IMG/VR virus record: IMGVR_UViG_3300031994_000033
Span: 67,627 to 131,626 of that record
Length of the DNA: 64,000 nucleotides
From: a virus
Lineage: Duplodnaviria; Caudoviricetes
Reading direction: 5' to 3' (one strand)
Below the pieces are notes generated by a model. It made no database searches. It saw only the letters and a list, made by a program, of their open reading frames with translations, and was not told the origin of the DNA. The translations under genes were made by a program, and so were the position numbers. Positions 54,915 through 63,437 of this stretch are shown here, piece by piece; the stretch's first letter is position 1; every line of letters begins with the position of its first letter.

Positions 54915-55184
54915 ATGAAGAGAACAATGACTATCATCTGCATGCTCGCTTTTGCGGCATTTGCGAATGTACAGAGCGAATTCCTGCTTGAGCTGTCTGG
55001 CTATGACTGCGAACTCGTCAAGTGGGTAGAGAACGACTACGAGAGCGGAGATCAGTTCAAGCACTACGCGAAGGTAGCTTGCAACGAGAAGTACCGCCTT
55101 CCGCTCAAGATCGCTGGGCTCAAGTTCATGGACATTTCGAAGAGCTTGGCAGGAAAATTCATCTATACTTACGGGGAACAGTAA
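54915..55184 (+). CDS. Secreted small protein
   Basis: Signal peptide MKRTMTIICMLAFAAFA; AGGAG RBS. Confidence 0.7.
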   Translation: MKRTMTIICMLAFAAFANVQSEFLLELSGYDCELVKWVENDYESGDQFKHYAKVACNEKYRLPLKIAGLKFMDISKSLAGKFIYTYGEQ

Positions 55185-55193
55185 ATTTACCCA

Positions 55194-55222
55194 TTTACAA
55201 AACGGCTTGAAGATTCTATATT
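55194..55222 (+). promoter_or_regulatory. sigma70-like promoter
   Basis: TTTACA-N17-TATATT followed by AACTTCAACTAGGAGG. Confidence 0.8.
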
Positions 55223-55252
55223 GATCATGTGAACTTCAACTAGGAGGCCTAA

Positions 55253-56152
55253 ATGGTCGACAACTTCGAAATCATCAAGCAGCTTCTCACGTTCGAGAGT
55301 GAAGGCGACTGTTACTACGTTCAACTTCTCCGTCGTCAATCCGATGACCCGATGATCGATGGAATTCCGGATCCTTCGTATCACGGCAACATGCACAGCC
55401 GCAGCATCAAGGACTACTTCATCACTTCGGTCGACCACTTGGAACAGCGCAAGGGAGACATCATCAAGATCTGCCAGACGTTCAACGTGAGAGCTTACAT
55501 CCGTCTCAACAAGCGAAACTACAAGCAGATCTCGCTTCACATGCTCAAGCACATCGCGGAACAGGAAATCTCGGGACAGAGCTTCTCGTCTCCGTTCCAT
55601 CTCGTGGCTTCTGCTGCGGGCATCGCTAACTGCGCTGGAAAGGGAAACAAGACTTGGATCGTTGACTGCGACGCTGAACATAAGCCGCACCTCGACAAGA
55701 TCGAACAGCTCATCTTCGAATGCGAGCCGTATGCAAGCAGCCAGGCTATTCTGATGCCTCTTCCGAGAATTCCAAGCAAGTCTGGCGTTCATCTCATTCC
55801 TCATCCGTTCAACTGCAACAGCTTCGAAAAGAGCTGGAATCAGTACGTGATCGAGAACGACATTCCCGCTGCTATTCCTCAGTTCGAACGTGATCGCGAG
55901 TACACGCACTTCTCGCTCACTGGAAAGAATCTCAAGCGTCTTGACTGGTTCACTGAGTTCCACGATCAGACTGGCGCAATCATGATGATCGACATCAAGG
56001 ACAAGAACAAGACTATCGTTCACATCAAGAACGACACTTTCGTCTTCCAAAACTTCGAAGATCACTGGAAGTCTATGTGCAAAGCTAACAACTTCTACCT
56101 CGAGAAGCCAGACATCCACAAGGACAACCCTTGCGTGTTATATTGTCCATAA
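55253..56152 (+). CDS. Conserved phage protein with AEP primase-like motifs
   Basis: WIVDCD (DxD) and PSKSGVHL (SxxGxH). Confidence 0.55.
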   Translation: MVDNFEIIKQLLTFESEGDCYYVQLLRRQSDDPMIDGIPDPSYHGNMHSRSIKDYFITSVDHLEQRKGDIIKICQTFNVRAYIRLNKRNYKQISLHMLKHIAEQEISGQSFSSPFHLVASAAGIANCAGKGNKTWIVDCDAEHKPHLDKIEQLIFECEPYASSQAILMPLPRIPSKSGVHLIPHPFNCNSFEKSWNQYVIENDIPAAIPQFERDREYTHFSLTGKNLKRLDWFTEFHDQTGAIMMIDIKDKNKTIVHIKNDTFVFQNFEDHWKSMCKANNFYLEKPDIHKDNPCVLYCP

Positions 56153-56162
56153 GGAGTGAAAG

Positions 56163-56483
56163 ATGGAAGGAAATACAGATAAAAGAAAGCTCATCAAGGC
56201 GAAGATCGATGAACTCGTCAAGCCCATCGAGAACGTGAACGACGCTGTAGACTTCGCCTTCGAGCTTCGTCTCGCCTTGAAGGAATGGCTCAAAGAGCAC
56301 CACACTAGCGATCGCGGTTCGATCAACCGCAAAGATCCAGCGTGGAATCTCATAAACAACCTTCAATACGGCATCAAGTTCGCTGTTAACTCAAACGCTT
56401 CTGACATCTCGCTCAGCTCTATTCTGCTCTTCAACAGTGAGCTGTGCGACATGATCCGGAAGTACTATGGGGAAGTAAAGTGA
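56163..56483 (+). CDS. Hypothetical protein
   Basis: AAGGAG RBS. Confidence 0.7.
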   Translation: MEGNTDKRKLIKAKIDELVKPIENVNDAVDFAFELRLALKEWLKEHHTSDRGSINRKDPAWNLINNLQYGIKFAVNSNASDISLSSILLFNSELCDMIRKYYGEVK

Positions 56484-56746
56484 CTTTCATTGAATATGAC
56501 GAAATGCATGAACGGTGCGAGATGTACAAGGCCAATGCTGTCAAAGCCATCATCGACATCAAGTCCCTGAACATCAAAGACCCGTATCTCAAGAACTCCT
56601 ACATGTATCAGTCTGGAGATGATGAGCTGACTTACGTGATCGATGAAGACGGTTTCGAGCATGAAGGCCGTCTTCCGATCTCTATCTTGGAACTCTACCT
56701 CGATGGAAACGAGAAAGAAGCTAAGACGAAGTACAAGGAGCTCTAA
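56480..56746 (+). CDS. Hypothetical protein
   Basis: GTGA overlap. Confidence 0.6.
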   Translation: MTFIEYDEMHERCEMYKANAVKAIIDIKSLNIKDPYLKNSYMYQSGDDELTYVIDEDGFEHEGRLPISILELYLDGNEKEAKTKYKEL

Positions 56747-56764
56747 CATTCTTATATTTGGAAT

Positions 56765-57427
56765 GTGAAGATACTTGTTAGATACCCGATAGCCGATGCT
56801 GCTATGCAAGACCTTCTTCAGAAGTACCCCTTCCTGAAGAAGCGTTTTTCTGATTATAGGGATGATCCGACACTCTGCTACAATACAGAGAAAGAGGACA
56901 TCAGGAACAACTGGTACAAGGAATGGGAAGGTACAGGGTGGGAGAAACTCTGGAAAGTCTACTTCATGCCAAAGCTGTTCAAAGCATACAACTCATGGGA
57001 CGACGAAAAGAAACAGAACTTCCATATCTATGACACGAAGAGCAAGTTCGGATCTCTCAGAATCTCTACTTCGTTCGCTCTGCCAGATGACATAGAATAC
57101 ATCCTAGAGTGGATGTCTGAGTTCATCTGTGAGCATTGCGGAAAAGAGACGATCGATGAACACGGCCGCCAATACATCTATCATACTCGTGGATGGATCT
57201 CCAATCTCTGTGAAGACTGCCTTAGAGGGCTATATCAGTCGAACGTCGATTTCATGGAAAAAGATGAAGTCGACAAAGGTATAGAAGGAATTAAGCACTA
57301 TGGCGACACGTTCGGCTATAAGCGCTGGATCGGAAACGGCTTCATCACGAAAAAGTACAAGTACAACAAAGATCACACCTGGCTAGTGAACTACAGGACA
57401 GAATTTGATAAGGAACAACAAAAATGA
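56765..57427 (+). CDS. Conserved phage protein with Zn-finger
   Basis: KSKFGSLR...CEHCG...GW..LCEDC. Confidence 0.7.
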   Translation: MKILVRYPIADAAMQDLLQKYPFLKKRFSDYRDDPTLCYNTEKEDIRNNWYKEWEGTGWEKLWKVYFMPKLFKAYNSWDDEKKQNFHIYDTKSKFGSLRISTSFALPDDIEYILEWMSEFICEHCGKETIDEHGRQYIYHTRGWISNLCEDCLRGLYQSNVDFMEKDEVDKGIEGIKHYGDTFGYKRWIGNGFITKKYKYNKDHTWLVNYRTEFDKEQQK

Positions 57428-57720
57428 GCATTGACAATTACGCAGTAGAACGACTTGATGATATTCTTGATGAGATCGAAAATCTAGCAGACGATCAGCC
57501 AGATATAGAAGATGCGGTACGCAGGGCTAGAGGCTACCTCAGCGACATCGAGGATTCAGACGATGACGATGACCTGCTGGAGCTTGATCAAGAAGATCTT
57601 CCGTCCGCAGACGTTCAAGACTTCAAGACTCGTGTTCTCGACGCTATTCCGTCTGGCGCTTCGATGAAGTTCAGAATGGATGTTGAAGAGATGCTCGAGA
57701 AGTTCAATGGAGTCTACTAA
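57424..57720 (+). CDS. Acidic hypothetical protein
   Basis: D/E-rich, ATGA overlap. Confidence 0.7.
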   Translation: MSIDNYAVERLDDILDEIENLADDQPDIEDAVRRARGYLSDIEDSDDDDDLLELDQEDLPSADVQDFKTRVLDAIPSGASMKFRMDVEEMLEKFNGVY

Positions 57721-57863
57721 TGAAAGAGCTCAGAATTGAAGCTGTCTACAATCATGAGTACGAGAAAGACGACCTGATAGCGAAGCTCATTCACGAATAT
57801 CCTAACACGAAGATATACGTGAATGGACAGCTCGAGTGGACTCCAGAGATAAATAATATGTGA
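57720..57863 (+). CDS. Small protein (47 aa), not in the ORF track
   Basis: TAATG coupling; MKELRIEAVYNHEYEKDDL... Confidence 0.55.
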   Translation: MKELRIEAVYNHEYEKDDLIAKLIHEYPNTKIYVNGQLEWTPEINNM

Positions 57864-57973
57864 GAAGAGATGATGACAGCGGATTCTGGTATGACTTGGC
57901 AATCGGTGCCATGATATTCGGCATCGTTGTCTGCACGACACTCATCATATTTCACAAAGTAAATTTTCTTTAA
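57860..57973 (+). CDS. Small single-TM protein (37 aa), not in the ORF track
   Basis: GTGA overlap; ...LAIGAMIFGIVVCTTLIIF... Confidence 0.45.
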   Translation: MRRDDDSGFWYDLAIGAMIFGIVVCTTLIIFHKVNFL

Positions 57974-57976
57974 CAT

Positions 57977-58013
57977 AACTCTGGGTTTACAACGCCGCCA
58001 GAGTTTCTATATT
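57977..58013 (+). promoter_or_regulatory. sigma70-like promoter inside a hairpin
   Basis: TTTACA-N16-TATATT; AACTCTGG/CCAGAGTT stem. Confidence 0.65.
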
Positions 58014-58038
58014 GAACTAAAACAAGAGGACAACTTAA

Positions 58039-58596
58039 ATGCCGCTTCTAATCGCAGCAACAGTACTAGTATTTTTCATCGCAGCCGCAGCAATCTACGC
58101 TATCTGGACTGGATCAAGAATCAAGTCTGAACAGGAAGAGCATTGCGCAGCGATGAACAACCCGTACCGAATCATTCTCGACGGATTCGACAAGTACAGA
58201 ATCCAGCACTACGAGTTCTACGGAAACGAGCCGACTGGATGGCAGTGGATGAACACTACTGAAGTCTTCACCGATCCAGACGACGCTAAGCAGAGATACT
58301 GCGTGCTCATGGCGGAGTTCCGCTACCAGTGCGAGAACGAAAAGCCCAAGATCGACGGCAAGACTGAGTTCTTCCTCAACAACATCCGCATTCACAAGAT
58401 CCTCGATATGTCTGACACTATCGAGCTTACCGACAAGATCCTCAAGAAACTGCGTGAGGAACATGCGCAAAAGCCTACAGAACTTCCAGTCAACAAGACT
58501 AAATCGAAAGCGAAGCCGAAAGAGAAAATTGAAGAGCCTGAAGTAAAGACTGAAGCAAAGAAGCCAGTCAGAAGGAGAAAGAAGACTGATGACTGA
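58039..58596 (+). CDS. Membrane-anchored protein with Lys-rich tail
   Basis: N-terminal TM segment. Confidence 0.75.
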   Translation: MPLLIAATVLVFFIAAAAIYAIWTGSRIKSEQEEHCAAMNNPYRIILDGFDKYRIQHYEFYGNEPTGWQWMNTTEVFTDPDDAKQRYCVLMAEFRYQCENEKPKIDGKTEFFLNNIRIHKILDMSDTIELTDKILKKLREEHAQKPTELPVNKTKSKAKPKEKIEEPEVKTEAKKPVRRRKKTDD

Positions 58597-58828
58597 GAAG
58601 GAACTCCAGCTAGCGCTATGGGAAGCGAGAAGCCTGAGATGCTCCGCAGAGTCCCAGAAGTTTCACGTGCTATCCTGCGCTAAGCTCGCTATCGGCGAGA
58701 TCCAGGACTACAAAGAACTCCTCAAGAAGTCTGTAAAGTTCGGCAAGGCCGCAGGAAAGTGCATCAACAAAGCAATCAGCTTAGGAATGAAGGTACCGGA
58801 TGAAAAAGAGAATCGAGATCGAGTTTGA
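58589..58828 (+). CDS. Hypothetical protein
   Basis: Overlapping ORF in operon. Confidence 0.6.
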   Translation: MTEKELQLALWEARSLRCSAESQKFHVLSCAKLAIGEIQDYKELLKKSVKFGKAAGKCINKAISLGMKVPDEKENRDRV

Positions 58829-59066
58829 CGGCGCTGACTTCACAGACAAACAGATGGCTGAGCTCAACAAAGCGCTCACACGAGCTATCTACAGCATCAG
58901 CAACTTCTCCAATCCAAAGAAAGTCACAGTTGACGGAAACGTCTTCTGGCTGAGAACTAAACCTCTCTTTGTAGGAAAGATAGAAGGGAAATATCCTCTT
59001 CATCATGAGGAACACATCGTGATGAGTGTACCGAGATGGAACAGAGATGAACGTAGAACTCAGTAA
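58800..59066 (+). CDS. Hypothetical protein
   Basis: Overlapping ORF in operon. Confidence 0.6.
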   Translation: MKKRIEIEFDGADFTDKQMAELNKALTRAIYSISNFSNPKKVTVDGNVFWLRTKPLFVGKIEGKYPLHHEEHIVMSVPRWNRDERRTQ

Positions 59067-59322
59067 TCGTGCAACTATTCTGGCTGCTCAATACGCAGGC
59101 AACAGCACTGAGATGCTATATCCGCCACAGATCGGATTCTGGATCATTGGCGGCATAATACTATTTCTGGTGATACTGCTAGCAGTCGGATCCTACATTT
59201 TTGACAAAATAACTTACAAAGAACACGAACAAATCTGGAAAGAGGTAAACTATGACAACAGAACAGTGGGCGAAGAACGAAGTCGCGATCGCGATGGACA
59301 AAGAACGCAAGGCAGCCGATAA
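59047..59322 (+). CDS. Single-TM protein
   Basis: IGFWIIGGIILFLVILLAVG. Confidence 0.55.
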   Translation: MNVELSNRATILAAQYAGNSTEMLYPPQIGFWIIGGIILFLVILLAVGSYIFDKITYKEHEQIWKEVNYDNRTVGEERSRDRDGQRTQGSR

Positions 59323-59962
59323 AGAAGGCACTGTCGGAATCGGCTATGCGAACGCTTGCTACCAGTCTGCGCTCAAGGCATATAACTGCATGTGCGAAGA
59401 CGATCACTCGGGCATGTCCTGGTCGATCACAGCGAACATTCTCATCCGTCTCTTGAGAGAAGCCCCTCTCACTCCGATCGAGGAAGACGAAGAGTGCTGG
59501 TCTAACAAGGATTCTTTCAACAACGACGAACAGTGTCTCCGCAGATTCTCTCTGTTCCGTAAAAAGCAGCCTGATGGAACTTACAAGTATCACGACATCG
59601 ATCTCGTATGCACTTGCTATGCCGAGAAGGATCACTTCTGCACCTGCACTTCTAGAAAGGGCGATCTTATCGCAGAGAAGTTCTTCGGACCGCTGATCAA
59701 GTTCCCGTACTATCCGCCAGCTGACCGCTATCAGGTCCGCATGATCGAGTTCGACAATCTCTGCGACGAACGTGGCAACGAGATCTGCTTCGTGATCTCT
59801 GCTAAGTCTCCGTATGGCGAGACTAAGCAGATCATGGACTTCTACGCTTTCACTGCTGAAGGTGCAAAGAAGCTCAAGGCCGCAGATGTCGAACCGAAAC
59901 TCTCCGAGAAAGATCAGCAAGAACTTAAGGAAAATCTCGAGTTCTCTAATTCTCGAAAATAA
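59252..59962 (+). CDS. Conserved phage hypothetical protein
   Basis: WAKNEV...ACYQSALKAY...DHSGMSW...PLTPI. Confidence 0.75.
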   Translation: MTTEQWAKNEVAIAMDKERKAADKEGTVGIGYANACYQSALKAYNCMCEDDHSGMSWSITANILIRLLREAPLTPIEEDEECWSNKDSFNNDEQCLRRFSLFRKKQPDGTYKYHDIDLVCTCYAEKDHFCTCTSRKGDLIAEKFFGPLIKFPYYPPADRYQVRMIEFDNLCDERGNEICFVISAKSPYGETKQIMDFYAFTAEGAKKLKAADVEPKLSEKDQQELKENLEFSNSRK

Positions 59963-59976
59963 TTTGAGATTTATGG

Positions 59977-60004
59977 TTTACGACTTCAAAACTTTTTCTA
60001 AATT
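59977..60004 (+). promoter_or_regulatory. sigma70-like promoter
   Basis: TTTACG-N16-TAAATT. Confidence 0.5.
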
Positions 60005-60048
60005 ATCGAACATCAACTGAACAATCATCCAAAAGGAGATAAAACTAA

Positions 60049-61341
60049 ATGGAAAAGAAATTCACGTTCGAAAAACTCAAGTTCTGGCAAAAGTGTCTCG
60101 TCATCGGTGCTCTTCCAGCGCTTCTACTAATCATCTGGTTTCTCGCGGAAAACGTTGGCTACAAGAACTCCACAGAAATCGTGATCAAGCAGAGCCCGTT
60201 TGGCGATATGAGCTGCGTCGAAGGCCAGGGCTACTACTTCAAGGGCTTCTCGAAGACCTGGACGTTCCTCAAGGCTCGTTCCTTCTACTTCAACTCTTCG
60301 ACAGAGAAGGTAGAAGGCAAGAACTGGGAAGGCGACGAAACGGATGAAGACGACATTGAAGTGACTCTGTCCCGAAACTCTAAGGCGTGGATCTCAGGTT
60401 ACCTCATGTATGAACTTCCGTCTGACTGCTCTGTATTGCTACGACTCCGTGAAAAGCATCACACTGACGCCGAGATCAAGCACAACCTAATTCGTAACGC
60501 TGTGATGTCAGGTATCGCTAAGACTGCGCCGATGTTCACCGCAGAAGCTGCAAAGGTCACCAACTTGGCAGAATTCCAGGCTCTCGCTTACGATCAGATC
60601 ACGCAGGGCGAATATCTCACAGAGACTCGCACTGAAAAGGAACTCGTATCTGAAGAGGAAAAAGACTCCAGCGGCAAGGTCATCAAGAAGCCAGAATATG
60701 CCGAATATAAGGTCACAAGCCTAAAGCTCGACTCTACAGGCCGTCGCATCATCATGAACGAGTCTGCTCTGAAGGAGTTCGAGATCAAGGTTACCCAGTT
60801 CCAGATCCGTGGCGTCAAGCTAGACGACGTGTCTCAGAATCAGTTGGACGTCGTAAAGAAGCGTGAAACTGAAAGAATTATTCGAGCAACTGAAGCGGAA
60901 ACATCGAAGCAGGATGCAATAACTGCTGAAGCTAAAGGAAAAGCAAAAATCGCTGAAGAAAGAGCTGAACAAGAAGCGATTAAGATAAGAGTTATAACCC
61001 AGATGGAAAAGAGCAGAGATTCTGCAATTATTATCGCACAACAAGAAAGAGAGGTAGCAAAATTAAATGCGGAAAAGGCAAAATTCATCTCTGATTCTAT
61101 AAAGCAAGCTGGAATAGCCGAAGCAGAGGCTAATAGAGCTAAAAAGATTGCAGGTCTTACACCAAAAGATGAGCTAGAGGGCAGAATCCGTATGAATAAG
61201 GATAAATGGGAAGCTATTTCTAAAATTCAAGTTCCGATTGTTCCAAGCTACTATATTGACGGAACGAACGGTAAAGGTATAAGCGGTGTAGATCTATTGG
61301 GTGCATCTAAGGCGTTTGAAGTTTTAAATAACTCGAAATAG
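60049..61341 (+). CDS. SPFH/band-7 family membrane protein
   Basis: N-terminal TM, G.YFKGF, Ala/Glu/Lys coiled coil; 3' third has AT-richer codon usage. Confidence 0.75.
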   Translation: MEKKFTFEKLKFWQKCLVIGALPALLLIIWFLAENVGYKNSTEIVIKQSPFGDMSCVEGQGYYFKGFSKTWTFLKARSFYFNSSTEKVEGKNWEGDETDEDDIEVTLSRNSKAWISGYLMYELPSDCSVLLRLREKHHTDAEIKHNLIRNAVMSGIAKTAPMFTAEAAKVTNLAEFQALAYDQITQGEYLTETRTEKELVSEEEKDSSGKVIKKPEYAEYKVTSLKLDSTGRRIIMNESALKEFEIKVTQFQIRGVKLDDVSQNQLDVVKKRETERIIRATEAETSKQDAITAEAKGKAKIAEERAEQEAIKIRVITQMEKSRDSAIIIAQQEREVAKLNAEKAKFISDSIKQAGIAEAEANRAKKIAGLTPKDELEGRIRMNKDKWEAISKIQVPIVPSYYIDGTNGKGISGVDLLGASKAFEVLNNSK

Positions 61342-62353
61342 TATTATATAATACTCTTTTCACATTTTCTAAATCGGTATCAAGGTCGTCTGTCCATACA
61401 GTTATGACCTTGATATTTTTAGTTTCTGCAAATTTAATCTTTTTATAGTCCTTTTCCCAAATTGTTGTAGCATAAACTTTTCTTTTAGGAAGCGAAATTA
61501 TATCCAGTGCATTGTATACTCTCGGATCGGCATGAAAGAAAGTACCATTCACTTCTATACCTAACTTAATATCAGGAAGATATAAATCCAATTCTAACCC
61601 AGATAAAACGGATCGATTGTTACAAGAAATCTCTTTATCGTAGAATTCTCTTATAATTTTTAGAACTATATCCTCATAAGAAGATCTTAGCAAACTGCCA
61701 TTATGCTTTTTAGTTTCCCATACTTTAATCTTCGTTTCTTCACTTCTGCATTTATCTCGAGATTCTTTAGTACACCACCAATTGATAACACCGTAACGCT
61801 CTAAACATGTTTGCACATATTTCTCATGATTGACGTAATTTTTGTCACCATATCTTATCTGTTTTGTATTCTTCATCTTATCTACATTATTATACGTACT
61901 TTTACCATATCGTTCTTCTGTAGTTTTCCTCATCTTTTCAGTAGCGCTCTTTGACGAGAAACCGATTCCTTTATTATTCTTCAGATAAGTGCTTTTAATT
62001 TTTTCTGAATTATTATATGTTTCAGAGCCATATCTTTCCAATTTAGTTGTTCTAATTCTCTTTTGAATATTTTTATCTAGTTGTGCACAGCGATTTGAGC
62101 AATGCCAGAAGTAGCCATTATTTGTCGTCTTTATATGAGACGGATTTCCTTCGAATCTACAATCTTTTCCACATACTTGACACTTTGGTGTTTCTGATAT
62201 TCCAAAACGCACTCTCCAGCATATTTCTTTGATCGAAAACCCTGGATACTTAGACAGTAAATACTCTACTATTTCTTCATTTCTTTTTACTGCATAAGGA
62301 TTTATCGTTAGGTTTCCTTTTAATAGTAGATTAACTTTTTCTATATCAGTCAT
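61307..62353 (-). CDS. Free-standing endonuclease (Zn finger, ERYG repeats, C-terminal DUF559/Vsr-like domain)
   Basis: CQVCG..CSNRC, T..ERYG x4, ELDLYLPDIKLGIEVNG.FFH...KD..K; very AT-rich. Confidence 0.8.
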   Translation of the reverse strand: MTDIEKVNLLLKGNLTINPYAVKRNEEIVEYLLSKYPGFSIKEICWRVRFGISETPKCQVCGKDCRFEGNPSHIKTTNNGYFWHCSNRCAQLDKNIQKRIRTTKLERYGSETYNNSEKIKSTYLKNNKGIGFSSKSATEKMRKTTEERYGKSTYNNVDKMKNTKQIRYGDKNYVNHEKYVQTCLERYGVINWWCTKESRDKCRSEETKIKVWETKKHNGSLLRSSYEDIVLKIIREFYDKEISCNNRSVLSGLELDLYLPDIKLGIEVNGTFFHADPRVYNALDIISLPKRKVYATTIWEKDYKKIKFAETKNIKVITVWTDDLDTDLENVKRVLYNTISSYLKLQTP

Positions 62354-62401
62354 ATTTGTATAGCTTATTTTTTAGTTATATTTTAATATAGAAATATATT
62401 A

Positions 62402-62449
62402 GATGCTCTCGCTGGCGCTAAGGCTTTCGAAGCTTGTCTTCTTAAGTAA
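62402..62449 (+). pseudogene. Orphan duplicate of the SPFH gene 3' end
   Basis: Reads DALAGAKAFEACLLK* versus the current terminus DLLGASKAFEVLNNSK*; phage-core codon usage. Confidence 0.6.
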
Positions 62450-62494
62450 AGCTTGTCTTCATAAATAAATTTCCAAATACCATCCAAATAACGA

Positions 62495-62526
62495 AGAGGC
62501 AGTCCGAGTGGGCTGTCTCTTTTTTT
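62495..62526 (+). terminator. Rho-independent terminator
   Basis: AGAGGCAGTCC/GGGCTGTCTCT followed by a T run. Confidence 0.8.
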
Positions 62527-62556
62527 GAGAAAATCATATTTTTTCAGTTTTTTCTA

Positions 62557-62585
62557 TTTACAAAATGCCCAAAAATTACTATAAT
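62557..62585 (+). promoter_or_regulatory. sigma70-like promoter
   Basis: TTTACA-N17-TATAAT. Confidence 0.8.
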
Positions 62586-62630
62586 ATAATGTACAACCAG
62601 TTAAACCTCTTTCCTTCAAGGAGAAAAGCT

Positions 62631-62999
62631 ATGCTGAGATACATAGAAGTGCCTGAAACCGTCGAAACCGAAATCCGCAAGTTCTTGGTCATGAGATCGA
62701 AACGCGAAAGTCTTGTCGGCGACGTAAACGACACTTATGAAGCTCTCGTGGCTAAGATCGCTGACATCGCCGAGGACAAGGCTTACGCCAAGTGGCTCGA
62801 CGAAGATCTGCCAGCTTCTATCAATCCAGTCATTCTCCGTGCTTCGTCAGTCCGTATCGCTGAAGAGACTATCGAAGTCTACGCTAACAAGATCGAAGAG
62901 GATGCAGCGAGAAAGCTGCTCAAGGCTATCTTCGATCCTGATTCGCTCGAAGACGAAGAGGAAGGCGAAGATGAAGTCGACGCCGAGGAGGAAAACTAA
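62631..62999 (+). CDS. Hypothetical protein with acidic tail
   Basis: AAGGAG RBS; start reassigned to ATG 62631. Confidence 0.75.
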   Translation: MLRYIEVPETVETEIRKFLVMRSKRESLVGDVNDTYEALVAKIADIAEDKAYAKWLDEDLPASINPVILRASSVRIAEETIEVYANKIEEDAARKLLKAIFDPDSLEDEEEGEDEVDAEEEN

Positions 63000-63223
63000 T
63001 GAACTACACTACAAAGAAAGACGCTCGCGCTAAAGAGGGCGACACCATCATGATCGACGGCTTCGCTACTGATCGCGACGGAACTATTCCCGAAACCGAG
63101 AGACGCCTGATCGGCAAGACGGGCGTCGTCACTTATGTCGGCGGTCTGGGCGACCTTCACGGCACTTGGGGCGGAACTGGAATACTTCCAAACGACCAGT
63201 ACCATGTCATCAAAGAAGGATAA
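62999..63223 (+). CDS. DUF4314-like small protein
   Basis: GDTI...GKTGVVTYV..LG.LHGTWG..G.LP.D. Confidence 0.55.
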   Translation: MNYTTKKDARAKEGDTIMIDGFATDRDGTIPETERRLIGKTGVVTYVGGLGDLHGTWGGTGILPNDQYHVIKEG

Positions 63224-63224
63224 C

Positions 63225-63437
63225 ATGAAGTGCTCTATCTGTCAACTGCCGTTTAGCGTCCCAGGGACCTGTATAACGTTCGAAAACTGTCTAGACAAGT
63301 ATCTACACAGGAAGTTCTCGAACGTCTGCTATAAGTGCGCTTATGCGCTTCTAGAGAAGACCCTAGAACTTGATCCAATGAACAAGAGACTCAATCAACC
63401 TACAACCTACGACGATGTCGTGAAGAGAGAAGGATAA
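63225..63437 (+). CDS. Small Zn-finger protein
   Basis: CSIC...VCYKC. Confidence 0.6.
   Translation: MKCSICQLPFSVPGTCITFENCLDKYLHRKFSNVCYKCAYALLEKTLELDPMNKRLNQPTTYDDVVKREG

Noticed and set aside
55187-56119. 310-aa minus-strand ORF (similar cases at 33512-34237 and 59144-59920)
   Set aside because: Antisense to well-supported plus-strand genes; no motifs or RBS
57848-57855. GATAAATA late promoter
   Set aside because: Lies inside the small ORF 57720-57863 within an early-type operon
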